From contig NC_090393.1 of assembly GCF_036365525.1 (NCBI RefSeq), positions 54,638,488-54,702,487 of the forward strand: a stretch of DNA of 64,000 bases, in the 5' to 3' direction. A program made the translations under genes and the position numbers. Source of the stretch: Heterodontus francisci. Lineage: Eukaryota. Below are positions 1 through 12,492 of the stretch, in pieces. The first letter of the stretch is position 1; each line of letters begins with the position of its first letter. The notes under the pieces were generated by a model. That model was not told the DNA's origin. It searched no databases and saw only the letters and a program-made list of their open reading frames with translations.

Positions 1-1019
1 GTAGGGATGGAGCTGAACCATTTGTCAGTGTTTATGACAAGAATTCAAAGCACTTGGTGCAAGTGTTTCTAAATCATCTGGTTACACAAATTCAGGGCAA
101 ACCCTGGGACCGCCTCTCTTTTGGAGACCCCGCACCTAACGCGGTGCAATTTCTGACACTGCATTCTTTTTTCAAAATTATCCGATGACATTAATTGGTC
201 AATAATGGTTAGATTGAATCAGGCTCTTTTAGAAGCAAGTCAAACAGTCATAACTAGAGATTCCTTGAGGCTTTTGACCGAAACCAGCTCATATAACAGT
301 TGCGCTTTTTAAATTCAGCCTCACACAAATCACCAACTCGGTGCAGTATCCGTTTGGTCTTCTTTGTTCAGACTGATGTAGGTCTACGGTACATAAATCG
401 TTAAAAGTAGCATTATTAGTTGTTAAGGCCATAGCGAGTGAAAACAAAGTGCCAGCTAATTTCTATTGGAATAGAATACAACAGCAGGGGGGTTTATGTT
501 AGATTTATACAGAACTGTGCTCAGCATTGGACTCCATACTACAAATGATACTGAAGGACTTGAGAAAGTGCCGAACGTATCTGCAATGTTGTTACTCGAA
601 TTGGGATGATGCAACTATCAGGTAAATTAGCATGTTGGGCAATTTTCCCTTATTATGAGAGGACTGAGTATAATTTAAAGAGGGCTTTAAAATTATGAAG
701 TGCGACAGGATTGACGTGCAGAAACTGTTTCCACGGTGCGTTAGACCAGAACAGAGAGGCGTAAATATCAGATCTGCACGTACCGATTAAATCAATAGTT
801 TACTTGAAGATACGGATTGGTGCTTGATTGGGAGGTAGGAGAGGGAGAATAAGCTTTCGTGTTTCATTCTCTGATTGGTTGGACGTGACAAACGGAATTC
901 CGAAGGGATTAGTTCTTCCAGCACAGCTTTTCGCCATATATATTAATGAAGTCATACAGAGTCATACAAGTCATAAACAAGTTGCAAATCACACCAAATT
1001 CGGAGGTCGAGTAACTTTT

Positions 1020-2460
1020 GCCTCTCCTCAATGGAAAAAAAACCCTCTCAGAAATATTGAAGAACCAAGGGACTAGCAAAAATGAGGAACTGAAAGAAAT
1101 TAGTATTCGTAAAAAAGTAGTACCAGGGAATGATTAGGACTGAAAGTTGATAAATCCCCTGGAACTGATGTTTAACATGCCACACTGTTGAAAGTGTTGG
1201 CTGGAGAGACAGTGGATGCGTTGGTGATCATCTTCCAAAATTCTATAGATTCTGCAATTGTTCCTGCAGATTGAATGGTAGCAAATGTAACCCTACTAAT
1301 TAAGAAAGGAAGGAGAGAGCAAATGGGAACCACAGACCTGTTTTCCTGACAGTAGTAGGGAAAATGCTAGAATCTAATATAAAGAATGTTATAACCGGAC
1401 AGTTACAAAATAATAGTAGGATTGGGCAGGGTCAATAGGGATCTGTGAAAGAGAAATCATTTGACAAACAGTTTTTGAGGATGTTACCAGCAGAATAGAT
1501 AAGGCGAAGCCATGGATGTGGTGTGTTTGAATTTTCAGAAGACTTTTGATAAGGTCCCATTCAGGTTAGTCAGCAAAATTAGAACACATGGGATTGGGGG
1601 TAATAGACTGACATGGATTGAGAATTGGTTAATAGACAGAAAACAGAGAGTAGGAAAAAATGGTCATTCTCAGGTTAGTAGGCTTTGGATCACTGCTTGT
1701 GTGCCGGCTAATCACAATCTAAATCAATGAATTGCCGCCAAGTCTGCTGACGACACAAAATCAGGTGGGAATGTGATTTGTGAGGAGGATGCAAAGAGTC
1801 TTCAAGGGGATGCAAACAGGTTAAGTGAGTGGGCAAGAATATGATTGATGGAATATAATGTGGAAAAATATGAGGTTATCCACTTTGTTAGGAAAAAACA
1901 GAAATGCAGAGTATTTCTTAAATGGTGAGAGATTGCGAAGTGTTGATGTCCAAAGGGACCTGGGTGACTTTGTTCATAAGTCATTGAATGCTAACATGCA
2001 GGTGCAGCAAGCAATTAGGAAGCCAAATGGTATGTTAGCCTTTACTGCTAGAGAACTTGAGTACAGGAGTAAAGAAGTCTTGCTGCCATTGTGTAGAGTC
2101 CTGGTGAGACCGCACCTGGAGTATTGTGCGCAGTTTTGTTCTTCTTACCAAAGGAGAGTGTCATAGAGGGAGTGCAATGAAGGTTCACCAGACTGATACT
2201 CAGGATGGCGGGATTGTCCTATGAGGAGAGATTGAGGAGACTGGGCCTATATTCTCTGGAGTTTAGAAGAATGAGAGGCGATCTCATTGAAGCTTACAAA
2301 ATTCTTACAGGGCTCAACCAAGTTGATGCAGGAAGGATGTTCCCCTGGCTGGCTGGGGGTGGGAGGCGGATGGTGGAGGGGGTCGGTGGTGGTCTACAAC
2401 CAGGGGACACAGTCTCAGAATAAGAGGTAGGTCATTTAGGACAGAGCTAAGGAGGAATTT
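1020..2460 (+). mobile_element. Degenerate CR1-clade LINE (RT region). Paralogs at ~29030-30860 and ~57910-59580
   Basis: ORF fragments DVVCLNFQKTFDKVP, QRDLG, LVRPHLEYCAQF, LSYEERLRRLGLYSLEFRRMRGDLIE, with many stops. Confidence 0.9.
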
Positions 2461-2869
2461 ATAGAAACTGCAGGTAATCTCGCCATTAATCAATCTTAAC
2501 CAAGACAGCATTCCAATCAAACCCCTCAAACACAACAGGAAGGAGAGTACAAGGGCTCTTTAGAAAATTCAGGGCTCACTATTCATTTACATAGATGTTG
2601 ATCAAGCAAAATAGGTGCTTGGAATTTCCTTGGGATTTATCCCACAAGTGATCAGAGGAGATGCGAGAGAAACGGCGTAAACGGCGGCCTCAGCGCCGTA
2701 TGTATAAAACATAAACGTTTCCATTAATTCGGGCACTAGCAAAAAGTCAAGTCGGGAAAATTGGGAAAAAGAACGTGCGACAAACGGGACTTTCGGCTAG
2801 ACTCTGTCTGGACGGTGTTGTTCCATGTGAGCAGTCCTCTTCATATTGCGTTCCGAAAAAGTGCTTCTG

Positions 2870-3403
2870 TTGATCTGATCGGCTCCTTCGAAAAAGCTTC
2901 AAATCTCTTGTTCGGTATATCAGCAGAATGGCCTGAATAACGGCGAGGATGAAGAGACCGATCTGGCACATCAGGGTAAAGTTATAGTAGCAGTTCTAAC
3001 AGAGGGAGAAAACATCATCCTCCGCTAGAGAGAACATCCGTCTGGCTCTGCAGCTCCACCTTTGAGGAGCAGTTTATTGTTCTTATACTGAGATTGGTCT
3101 TTCTGTTTGAGAAACCAGGATCTCAGGTAGAAGTGTTACAATCACAACTCCCTTCATGACTGACCAATGACACTCAAGTATTGCAGAGGTTCAAACATTC
3201 CATTGAGAATTGCAGATCATTTGCTCTTGTTCACTTTGATCTTGGTGAGGGTGGCCGCAAAATGCTTTGGAATTGTGCTTACATTCATTCAGCTCTTGAC
3301 AGCTGCAGTCCGTAAACGTCCCGGAAAGGCGGCAAAATTACCGGAACTGGAAGACCGCCACAGGAACTAAGAAGTCTTCTTGCCATTTCACTACTGGCAT
3401 CGG
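2870..3403 (-). pseudogene. GP1BB: Platelet glycoprotein Ib beta-like (single LRR + TM) pseudogene, unit A
   Basis: Manual translation across frameshifts and stops: FCRLSGTFTDCSCQELN/VSTIPKHFAATLTKIKVNKSK*SAILNGMFEPLQYLSVI...SCDCNT/FYLRSWFLKQKDQSQYKN/INCSSKVELQS/RRMFSLAEDDVFSLC*NCYYNFTLMCQIGLFILAVIQAILLIYRTRDLKLFRR. This gives LRRNT, one LRR, LRRCT (CDC..YLRxW..C), the LAED(E/D) motif and a Gln-containing TM helix as in GPIb-beta. Acceptor-like ctaattttcgtccag lies directly upstream. Confidence 0.8.
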
Positions 3404-4209
3404 CTGGACGAAAATTAGTGGGTTAGCTCGGGAAAAAAAAGCATTTACAAGCAATTGGGTGTGAGAAGGAAAAACAAATACACTAAACGTTAAGGCTACA
3501 TGTGGAAACTACAGGGCCCGGTAAAATATAGCCCGAGATACTTGCAAAAGTAGAATTGAATGTTTATCTGAAAGTTATAATCAAACTAATGAGACGTGAT
3601 GTTCAAACACAATGTCAGGTACAGAACACTGCCATAAATGTTAGATTTACTGTTCATTCCTTATAGCAAAATTACACGAATGTTCCATTTCTGTATTTCA
3701 AGATAGCGCAAGGGACCAGAAGATTAAGTTCACATCAAAACAGCTTTAAGGCAAAATCATTAAATGCAAGCACTAGAATATACTCCGAATATCTCAAATC
3801 TTGAAGGATCGGCCCAAACAAAAATTATTTCATGGAATAATTTAAATAGAAAAAATTGCCCCAAGTAACGTATAACCACACTTACACTTCCCTGCGTTCC
3901 AGCCTGTGGTCCTCCATTCAAGACAACATCTGCGCAGCTTCAATCTGTTGAAACACATCCTAACCTGGACCTTAAATGGTCTTTTCCACTTTAAAATCCT
4001 TACTCTCTTTCATCCCGGCCAGTCCTCTGCATGACCATCATCTGCACTCCCTTAAGACGAAGGGAGGAAGACTTGGAAAATTTATGGTGGACAATTGGTT
4101 TAGCCATACATTGCCAGATTTCATTGGACCACAGAATGCACTATCGGGTCTTGCTATCATCAGTCAAAACTGTTCATTATTCCACGATCGACCAGAATAC
4201 ATAGACATG

Positions 4210-5337
4210 TCGCATGGGGTCCAGGGTGTACTAGCTAGATGGATAAAGAACTGGCTGGGCAACAGGAGACAGAGAGTAGCAGTGGAAGGGAGTTTCTCAA
4301 AATGGAGACGAGTGACCAGTGCTGTTCCACAGGGATCCGTGCTAGGACCACTGTTGTTTGTGATATACATAAATGATTTGGAGAAAAGTATAGGTGGTCT
4401 GATTAGCAAGTTTGCAGACGACACTAAGATTGGTGGAGTAGCAGATAGTGAAGGGGACTGTCAGAGAATACAGCAGAATATAGATAGATTGGAGAGTTGG
4501 GCAGAGAAATGGCAGATGGAGTTCAATCCGGGCAAATGCGAGGTGATGCATTTTGGAAGATCCAATTCAAGAGTGAACTATACAATAAATGGAAAAGTCC
4601 TGGGGAAAATTGATGTACAGAGAGATTTGGGTGTTCAGGTCCATTGTTCCCTGAAGGTGGCAACGCAGGTCAATACAGTGGTCAAGAAGGCATACGGCAT
4701 GCTTTCCTTCATCGGACACGGTATTGAGTGCAAGAGTTGGCAGGTCATGTTACAGTTGTATAAGACTTTGGTTCGGCCACATTTGGAATACTGTGTGCAG
4801 TTCTGGTCACCACATTACCAAAAGGATGTAGATGCTTTGGAGAGGGTGCAGAGGAGGTTCACCATGATGTTGCCTGGTATGGAGGGCGCTAGCTATGAAG
4901 AGAGGTTGAGTAGATTAGGATTATTTTCATTAGAAAGACGGAGGTTGAGGGGGGACCTGATTGAGGTGTACAAAATCATGAGAGGTATAGATAGGGTGGA
5001 TAGCAAGAAGCTTTTTCCCAGAGTGGGAGATTCAATTACTAGGGGTCACGAGTTCAAAGTGAGAGGGGAAAAGTTTAGGGGGGATATGCGTGGAAAGTTC
5101 TTTACACAGAGGGTGGTGGGTGCCTGGAACGCATTGCCAGCGGAGGTGGTAGATGCGGGCACGATAGCATCTTTTAAGATGTATCTAGACAGATACATCA
5201 ATGGGCAGGAAGCAAAGAGATACAGACCCTTAGAAAATAGGCGACAGGTATAGATAGAGGATCTGGATCGGCGCAGGCTTGGAGGGCCGAAGGGCCTGTT
5301 CCTGTGCTGTAATTTTCTTTGTTCTCTTTGTTCTTTA
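4210..5337 (+). mobile_element. Young 5'-truncated CR1 LINE (RT C-terminal half, 3' UTR and tail), unit A only
   Basis: Uninterrupted frame with VPQGSVLGPLLF, KFADDTK and LVRPHLEYCVQFWSP, ending at 5253. Tail ttgttctctttgttcttt. Confidence 0.93.
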
Positions 5338-5339
5338 TA

Positions 5340-6540
5340 ACCCCTAGCTTCTGTTCTCAAATACAATCCATATTTTAAACCCCTCTTCCCTGCAACCACC
5401 ACCCTCACCTCCAACAATAGGTCACTGACTTTGGACATCCTTGCTGCTTCTCTCCATTTCCTTGGCCGACTTGGGCCAAATCTCCCCTGAAGTCCCACCT
5501 GCCCTAGCTCTGAATTTGCATGTTAGTCTCCTATTCTGCTCCTGCCCTCTCCAAGTTCATCTTGTCCATGAAACCAACTGCTGTCCTGAAACTATTCAAA
5601 TTAAACTGCTGAGCACGCAGTCTACCTCATCACAAGTTCTCTTGTCCTCTCCACTGTTTCTACTTTGTTATATTGCTTGTCCGACATTCAGTACTAGATG
5701 AGCGATAATTTCCTCCAACTAAATATTGGAAAGAGGGAAGCCATTGTCTTCCATCCTCATCACAACCTCCAGTCCATCGCCACCAGCTCCTTCCCTGTCC
5801 CTGGCAACTGTCTGAGGCTGAACCAAACTGTTCGTAACCTTGGTGTTGTATTTGAGCCTTCCAGGTGCTTGTGAACACATAATCCACCACAAGACTGTCT
5901 AATCCCACCTCCATAACATTGCCCGACTTCACCCCTGCTTCAGCTCATCTGAAACTGAAACCCTTATCCATTCCTTTATTACCTCTACACATGACTATTC
6001 CTACGCTCATCTGGGCAGCTTGCCATCTACCACACTACCTAAGTTTGACCTCATCCAAAATTCTGGTGCCCATATGCTACCTCGCACCAATTCCTTTTCA
6101 TCAATCTCCCCTATGCTCACTGGCCTATATTCAACAATGCCTTCATTTTAAAACTTTCATTGTTGTTTACAAATTTCTCCATGGCCTTGTCCCTTGCCAG
6201 TTCGGTAACTTTCTGCAATCATACAACCCTCTGAAATTTCTGAGCGCCTCCCATTCTGGCCACTTACACTGACCCGATTTTAATTGCTCCATTATTGACA
6301 GCGGTGCCTTCAGGAGATGAGGTCTTAAGCTCTGGACTTCTCTCTCTAGGCAGCACTGCCTCTCTTCCTCGATCTCCTCATTGAAGGGGCACCTTAAAAC
6401 CTATCTCTTTGATCAATCTTTTGGTCCCTGTTCGAACATCTTCTTTTGTTGTTCTCCATCAAAGTTTCTTAGACTATGTTCATATGAAACAGTTTGGGAT
6501 GTTTTACTGCCCTAAAGTACTCTTAATGCAAGTGGTTGTT
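5340..6540 (+). mobile_element. Degenerate L2-clade LINE. Paralogs at ~33700-35530 and ~60230-61290
   Basis: The unit B copy shows FLDRSSAFGTVN, GVPQYS, degenerate YADD (MNSDNIQV) and LQLNIGKREAIVF. L2-type 3' end gcaagtggttgttg. Confidence 0.75.
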
Positions 6541-8365
6541 GTTTTCATAGTCAAGTCAAGTCAGTCATTCCGATTTCTGATACATTGCTTGTCTATTGAT
6601 AAATCTAGTTTGCAGCTCATCCCTGCTTTGCTAAATCAATGAATAGGAGTAAAATATTATCCAAATTGGAGTTCTGGCAGCTTTCCCTCTGGGAAATTGA
6701 TCTCTTGTGAAGCTCACTGGCTAAATATGTCTCACAATGAGCTGGATTTTACATACAGTTTGAAGGCGGGTTCTTTGGCGTGGTGGGCCGGAGAATCAGC
6801 ACAAATGCATCTACCAAGGAACCTGATGCCTCATGCCGGATTCTGATTTCCTCGGAGGCGCCGAAGTTCCATGGTGGCACTGCCACCGCTCTGTGATGGG
6901 ACCGTAATTTAAATATGTTAAATACAATTTGGCATTAATTATCATATAATTCACTGCAATCCTACCAGTTGTTCGCAATCTTCTGCATGTCATGTGACAC
7001 CCACGTGCCTTCACTTTCCTGTCTCTGAAAAGCTGGCAACACCGAGGTGAGAGACCTTGGTGCCTGCAAAGGTTTGGTAAATTATGCGTGGTTCTCCTGT
7101 TGAACTTGTTTTAACTTCGGACATTACCACTAAGGTCAATCTGCAGATGTGATGGAAGCTTGGAATTCTGCAAGTAGATACTGTTGAGGAGGGGGAAGGG
7201 GGGAACTCTGCAAGTGGATACTGTTTGCGGGGAAGTGGGGAACTTTGCAAGTGGATCCATTGTTTGGGAGAGAGCAGAACACAGAAACTGTATCGGTTGT
7301 TTTTAATGGGGGTCCAGTGCAGGCAACTCAAATGATATTCTGATGGTCATGATGGCTTGCACTTATTTAAAAGTTGTGAGGGCAGCATCAATCCATACCA
7401 TAGAGCTCACGCTGGAACACTATGAAACTAGAAATTAACACAAATCTCTTCCCAAATAGGCGTAGTTGAACTTTGGAAGCAATCTGAAGTTACAAGGAGG
7501 ATAGAGATGGGTATGATTCATCCTGTATTCCTGAATCCCCTTGCTGTGATGACATCACTACTGGAAGCCGTCCCAAGAGACAGGTGTGGCTCACGAGGAA
7601 GCTCCTAGACATGAGCAGCAGAAGCCACCAAGGCGAAGAGGAGCCCAGATATGCTGTGAGTCCAAAGCACTCGGATGACATACCTGCAAATGTCTGAGCA
7701 CCCATGCCAGAGACAACTGTGAATGTCGAGAAAGGCTGCCACACACCTCTGTGCACTGTCGAATGATGATTGGCAACCAATGGGCTTTGGTGGTCACCCT
7801 ATGGCCGTGGCTCTCAAAATTACTGTATCCCTGAACTCTTATGCCTCTGGATGATTCCAGTGGTCCACCGATGACATGTGGGGGGGTCTCTCAATCCACA
7901 GTGCACCGCTGCATCAAGGAGGTGACTGATGCTCTGTTCAGGAGGGATGTCGACTATGTCTGTGACAGGAGAGGCCCAGAGAGTCAGGCCAAGAGCCCCA
8001 TTGGATTTGGGGCCATTGTAGGATTCGCACAGAGCCAAGGTATGATCGACTGCACACATCTGGCTATCAATGCTCCCATGGACTGATCAGCCACCTTCAT
8101 AAACATAAAAGAGGTTCATTCAATCCATGTCCAACTAGTGTGTGACCACAGAAAGTGCTTTTTACAAGTGTGTGCCTGTTTCCCAGGCAGCTGCCATGAC
8201 TTATACATAATTTGTCAGTCCCAGGTGTCAATACATTTCACTGCTCCCGGTCACCTTCACGGGTGGATTCTTGAGGATATGGTTTTTGACACCAGTGAGG
8301 TACTCCACCGTTGATGCTGAAGAGTGTTACAATGAATGCCAAGGCTCCACCCGAGTGATCATTGC

Positions 8366-11300
8366 TGTCATGGTCCTGTAGTTTTTTTGGGGGGAATATG
8401 CAGTTTGCTTTAAGGCTTGTAAAGGATCAGTATTGCTTTAAGAACCAGCAAACCTCAGGAGTTATTGGCAGGTGCATTTCCGTGACCTTAGAAACAGCCA
8501 TTTGGAGACTATGATTCAAAGGGTGCATTCTCATTATCATAGATACAGCCATTGAGAGTGAGTATGAAGTGATACACTTGTTACAATTCAATTTTGAACT
8601 GACTTTTTAGTTGAAGACAGATTGGTCCAGCAGAACACACACACACAGAGGACACACACAGACAGACAGCTGTGGTGTTTAGCCCTTGAAAAAGGCTCTT
8701 AATCATTTAAACTGAAGGAATAGGATTTTAGACTGTTAATTATTATCTCTCAAAATTCTAAAGAAGTCAAACCAAAACCGAGATCTCTGGTAATTTAAAC
8801 TGAAAGGAAGGAAGTTAGACTGTGACAATCTTTTATCCCTCAAAAAACTCTTATGTCAGATTGATTCTATTGAAAGTGTTCGCAAGTTGTGAATTGTTGA
8901 AATCCATCTCGGAAGAAGGAAAGCATCACCTGCTGCTGGAGTTAGACTACAGTCACTTCTACTGTGCAAGAACTTTTTTTCACATTGAACAGCTGTGAGG
9001 ACTTCAAGCAACATTGGACTGTAAATTTGCAAGGACACTATTTTTTTCTATTTTAAATGTTGTTTATATCTTCATAGTGTTTAAGAATTTAGTTCTTCTA
9101 ATTAAAGAGTTAATTTATTGATTTCAAGACACCTGGTTTGGTTAACCTCATTCAGGCGGTTAAAAGATGGTACAATTTGGTTGGTTCTTTCATTAATTTG
9201 GAAAGTTTTAAATGATATGTTAGGCCATCTGTGGAACGACGGGATTGAACTAACAGTGCAATTTTCCTACCACAATCAGAATCATATATTTTGATTGGGG
9301 GCTTTGACTGGAGTGGTCAGTCATAAGATATTTATTGGGGACTCCTCTGTGGTTTGAATAACATATTAATTGGGGGGTCACTCAAGATTTGAATAACATA
9401 TTAATTGGGGGCTCACAAGATTTGATTCACATATTAATTGTGTTTCTCATGATTTGAATCATATCTTTATTGGGGGCTCACTTGCAGTTGAATCTTATTT
9501 AATTCGGTGGCTCATGTCTGGGATCAGAGTCAGACAAATTTGGAGGGTGGGCATTTTAAATTACTCATCTCTGGGATAACATATTTAAATTGGGGTCTTG
9601 CATTTGGCATCAGGTTAATTGCTCTCGATTCCGGGATTTTATCAATTGGAAACTTGATTGTTGGAATCTAAATCTGACACCAAGTACAAAGAAATTAAAA
9701 GAACCAGGTCTCCTGAATAATAAGGTACAATCTATACCATTGTTATGGCATTAGTGGTTGCACAGAGATTTTGAGAAAGCAGAATGTTTCCCTGAGTGAC
9801 TTGATAACTTTAACTAAGAACAAATTCAAAGAATTGGCAGCGAAATTGGGGTTGAAATTGAAATCAGGTGCCAAAAAAGCAGAGATAATTGACATAATAG
9901 CCGAACATCTGGAATTAGGAGAAGATGATGATGATAATACAGATGTAGGGCAATACGAGGAACAAGAAGGTAGTAAGTCCGAGAGTGATGCAATGGTATT
10001 GGCTAGGCTTCAGTGAGAAACAAAAAAAACTTGAGGCAGAAAAAGAATTAAGAAATCTTGAACTGGAAAAAGAGGAAAGGGAAAAAGAAAAAGCAAGAGC
10101 ATGAAGAAAACTTGAACTTCAGAGAGAGAGTGAAAGAGAAGACAGGGAATTTAAATTAAAAGAAATGGAACTATGACAAAATAGTAGTCTTGAATCCAGG
10201 GAAATTTCGGGTCAGGAAGAATCTGAGTTTAGATCAGGACCCAGTGAGCAGTTGTTCAAATTTATATAGGCTCTTCCTAAGTTCGAGGAAAGGGATGTAG
10301 AGGCATTTTTCATATCTTCTGAAAAAATAGCCAAACAGATGAAATGACCGGAAGAAAGCTGGATATTGCTCATACACGCAGGCTGGTAGGCAGAGCTCAT
10401 GAAGCTTATGCCATGCTTTCTGAAGAGGCTTCTGCAGATTATGAGATGGCAAAAAAGGTTATTCTCGCTGCGTATGAGTTAGTCCCTGAAGCTTACCATC
10501 AGAGGTTTAGGAACTTACAGAGATTGACTAGGCAGAAATATTTCGAATTTGAGAGGGTGAAGCAAATGAATTTTGACCATTGTATATGGGCATTCAAGAT
10601 AGAAACCACATATGAGAACCTTCGAGAACTGATTCTCTTAGAAGAGTTTAAAAACTCCATTCCTCCGGTAGTGAGAACTCATATAGATAACCTGAAAGTT
10701 TTGAAAGCTAGGCAAGCAGCAGAGATTGCTGATGATTCAGAGCTTGTGAATAAGCCAACCTATTTTGTCCGTCAACCCCATAAACCCGAGAAGGATAGAA
10801 AGTGGAAGAGTGAAAGGAAGGCAAGAAGCCGGGGAGAAGAAGGAACAGCTGGGAATGCCCCAGCATCACCTCCTCAGGTCAGAAAGGATCGTGCTGGGGT
10901 AGAAGTGAGGTTCACAACCCAAGGTGTTATCATTGCAACAACAGGGGTCATCTTCGTTCAGACTACTGGAAATTGTGAGGAACTTGTTGGGGTACGCAAA
11001 GTTAGTGCAGAGGAAAAGACTCCCTGACTGAGAGTATAGAAGTCCAGGCTATAGCTTTAATGACAGCTGTGAATGTGAAGTCAGATACTAAAACTAAGAG
11101 GAGTGTAGAGGTTAAGCATAAAATACCTGAGAGTTATAATGATTTTATGACAAAGGGGAGAGTAACTCTGTATCCTGTAAGTGAGGCAGGAAATACTATC
11201 ATTAAACTCAGGGATACAGGAGCGACCCAAACACTCTTGCTGGGGAAATATATGAGGTTTTCACCAGAGAGCATCTTGAATGCTAAAGTTTTAGTAAATG

Positions 11301-12492
11301 GAATTGGCGGGGTGTGTATACTCGTACCTTTGCATAAAGTATGCCTAGAGAGTGACTTAATAACTGGGATAGTAATTGTAGGTGTTGTCCTGAGTTTACT
11401 AGTAAAGGGAATTGATCTACCCCTAGGAAATTATTTGACTGGATCAAAAATATCAGTTTCTCCTATAGTTACAGAGGAACCATGTGAAGTTAAGGAAATG
11501 GAGCAATTACAGGAGCAAGTTCCAGGAATATTTCCTGCATTACCCGAGCAATGGCTAAACAGGATCCATTGTTGGAGTTAAAAGGGACACCACAAATAGA
11601 TAATCAGGCATCTGAAACCTTATTTGGGGATTTAGATAATCCAAATCAGATGTTTAACAAATCGCCTATCATTGCAGCACAGGAAGCTGATCCAGAGATC
11701 TACCAAATAGTATAGACAGCTCTGTCAGAAACCGAGGTGAAAGGAGTTTTGGAAGGCTATTATATGGCAAATGGGGTTTTGTGGAGGAAATGGAGACCGC
11801 CTCACAGACATGCTGACAAAGACTGGACAGTTGTTGAACAGATAATGTACCACCTAATGTACCAATCGCCAAGGATTATTAAGGTTAGCACACGACATTC
11901 CCTTTTCAGGACATAGGGGAATTCAGAAGACCAAATCACACATAAGCAAACATTATTACTGGCCAGGTCTTACAAAGGTGTCAGACAATTTTGAAGGACA
12001 TGCCACACCCCTCAAACGGTGGGGAAACCACACCTACTATTGAAAGTGTTCGCAAGTTGTTAATTGTTGAAATCCATCACGGAAGAAGGAAAGCATCACC
12101 TGCTACTGGAGTTAGACTATGGACTGTTCGACTGTGGAAGAACCTTTTTTTTGCATCGGACGTCTGTGAGGACTTCAAGCAACATTGGACTGAAAATTTG
12201 CAAGGACTCTATTTTTTTCTATTTTAAATGTTGTTTATACCTTCATAGTGTTTAATAATTTAGTTCTTCAAATTAAAGAGTTAATTTAAAGACACTTGGC
12301 TTGGTTAACCTCATGTGGGGGGTTAATAGTTGGTCCAATTTTTTGGGGTCTTTCTTTAATTTGGAAACTTTTAAATGCTATGTTAGGCAATCTGTGGAGC
12401 AACGGGATTGAAATTAACAGTGCGTTTCTGCTACCACAATCAGAATCGTATATTTTGATTGGGGGTTTTGACTGGAGTGATCAGTCATAACA
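8366..12492 (+). mobile_element. Internally deleted Ty3/Gypsy LTR retrotransposon, Gmr1-like (gag-PR-INT order)
   Basis: TG...CA ends with 4-bp TSD ttgc/tcgc. 5' LTR 8366-9328; partial 3' LTR ~12036-12492. Gag (YELVPEAY..RFR, LILLEEFK, AAEIADD) with CxxC knuckle, protease LRDTGATQTLL, then integrase zinc domain (HDIPFSGH..YYWPG..C..C). RT and RNase H are missing. Confidence 0.88.
9324..9640 (+). repeat. Tandem array of ~6-7 degenerate LTR-end + tRNA-Pro PBS-like units (~33-36 bp)
   Basis: Consensus TAACATATTAAT-TGGGGGCTCAYNNNGATTTGAA, directly after the 5' LTR. Confidence 0.7.

Noticed and set aside
3167-3370. + strand ORF MTLKYCRG... conserved in two units
   Set aside because: It is the antisense shadow of the GP1BB-like pseudogene, and the conservation reflects recent duplication.
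3879-3920. Possible exon 1 and splice donor (gtaagtg, minus strand) for the GP1BB-like gene
   Set aside because: It abuts L2-like repeat sequence, the donor is weaker in unit B, and the peptide is not signal-like. Not supportable.
3976-5253. 425-aa ORF as a host or domesticated RT gene
   Set aside because: It is a 5'-truncated CR1 with chance read-in from the flank, lacks the RT N-terminal motifs, and is absent from units B and C.
7640-8365. RAG/Transib-like transposase next to Ig genes, or an intact host HARBI1
   Set aside because: The motifs are PIF/Harbinger type and the frame is broken by stops, frameshifts and an LTR insertion.
9324-9640. CRISPR-like repeat/spacer array
   Set aside because: Eukaryotic retrotransposon context, no cas genes, and the variable parts are degenerate copies of one PBS-like motif rather than unique spacers.
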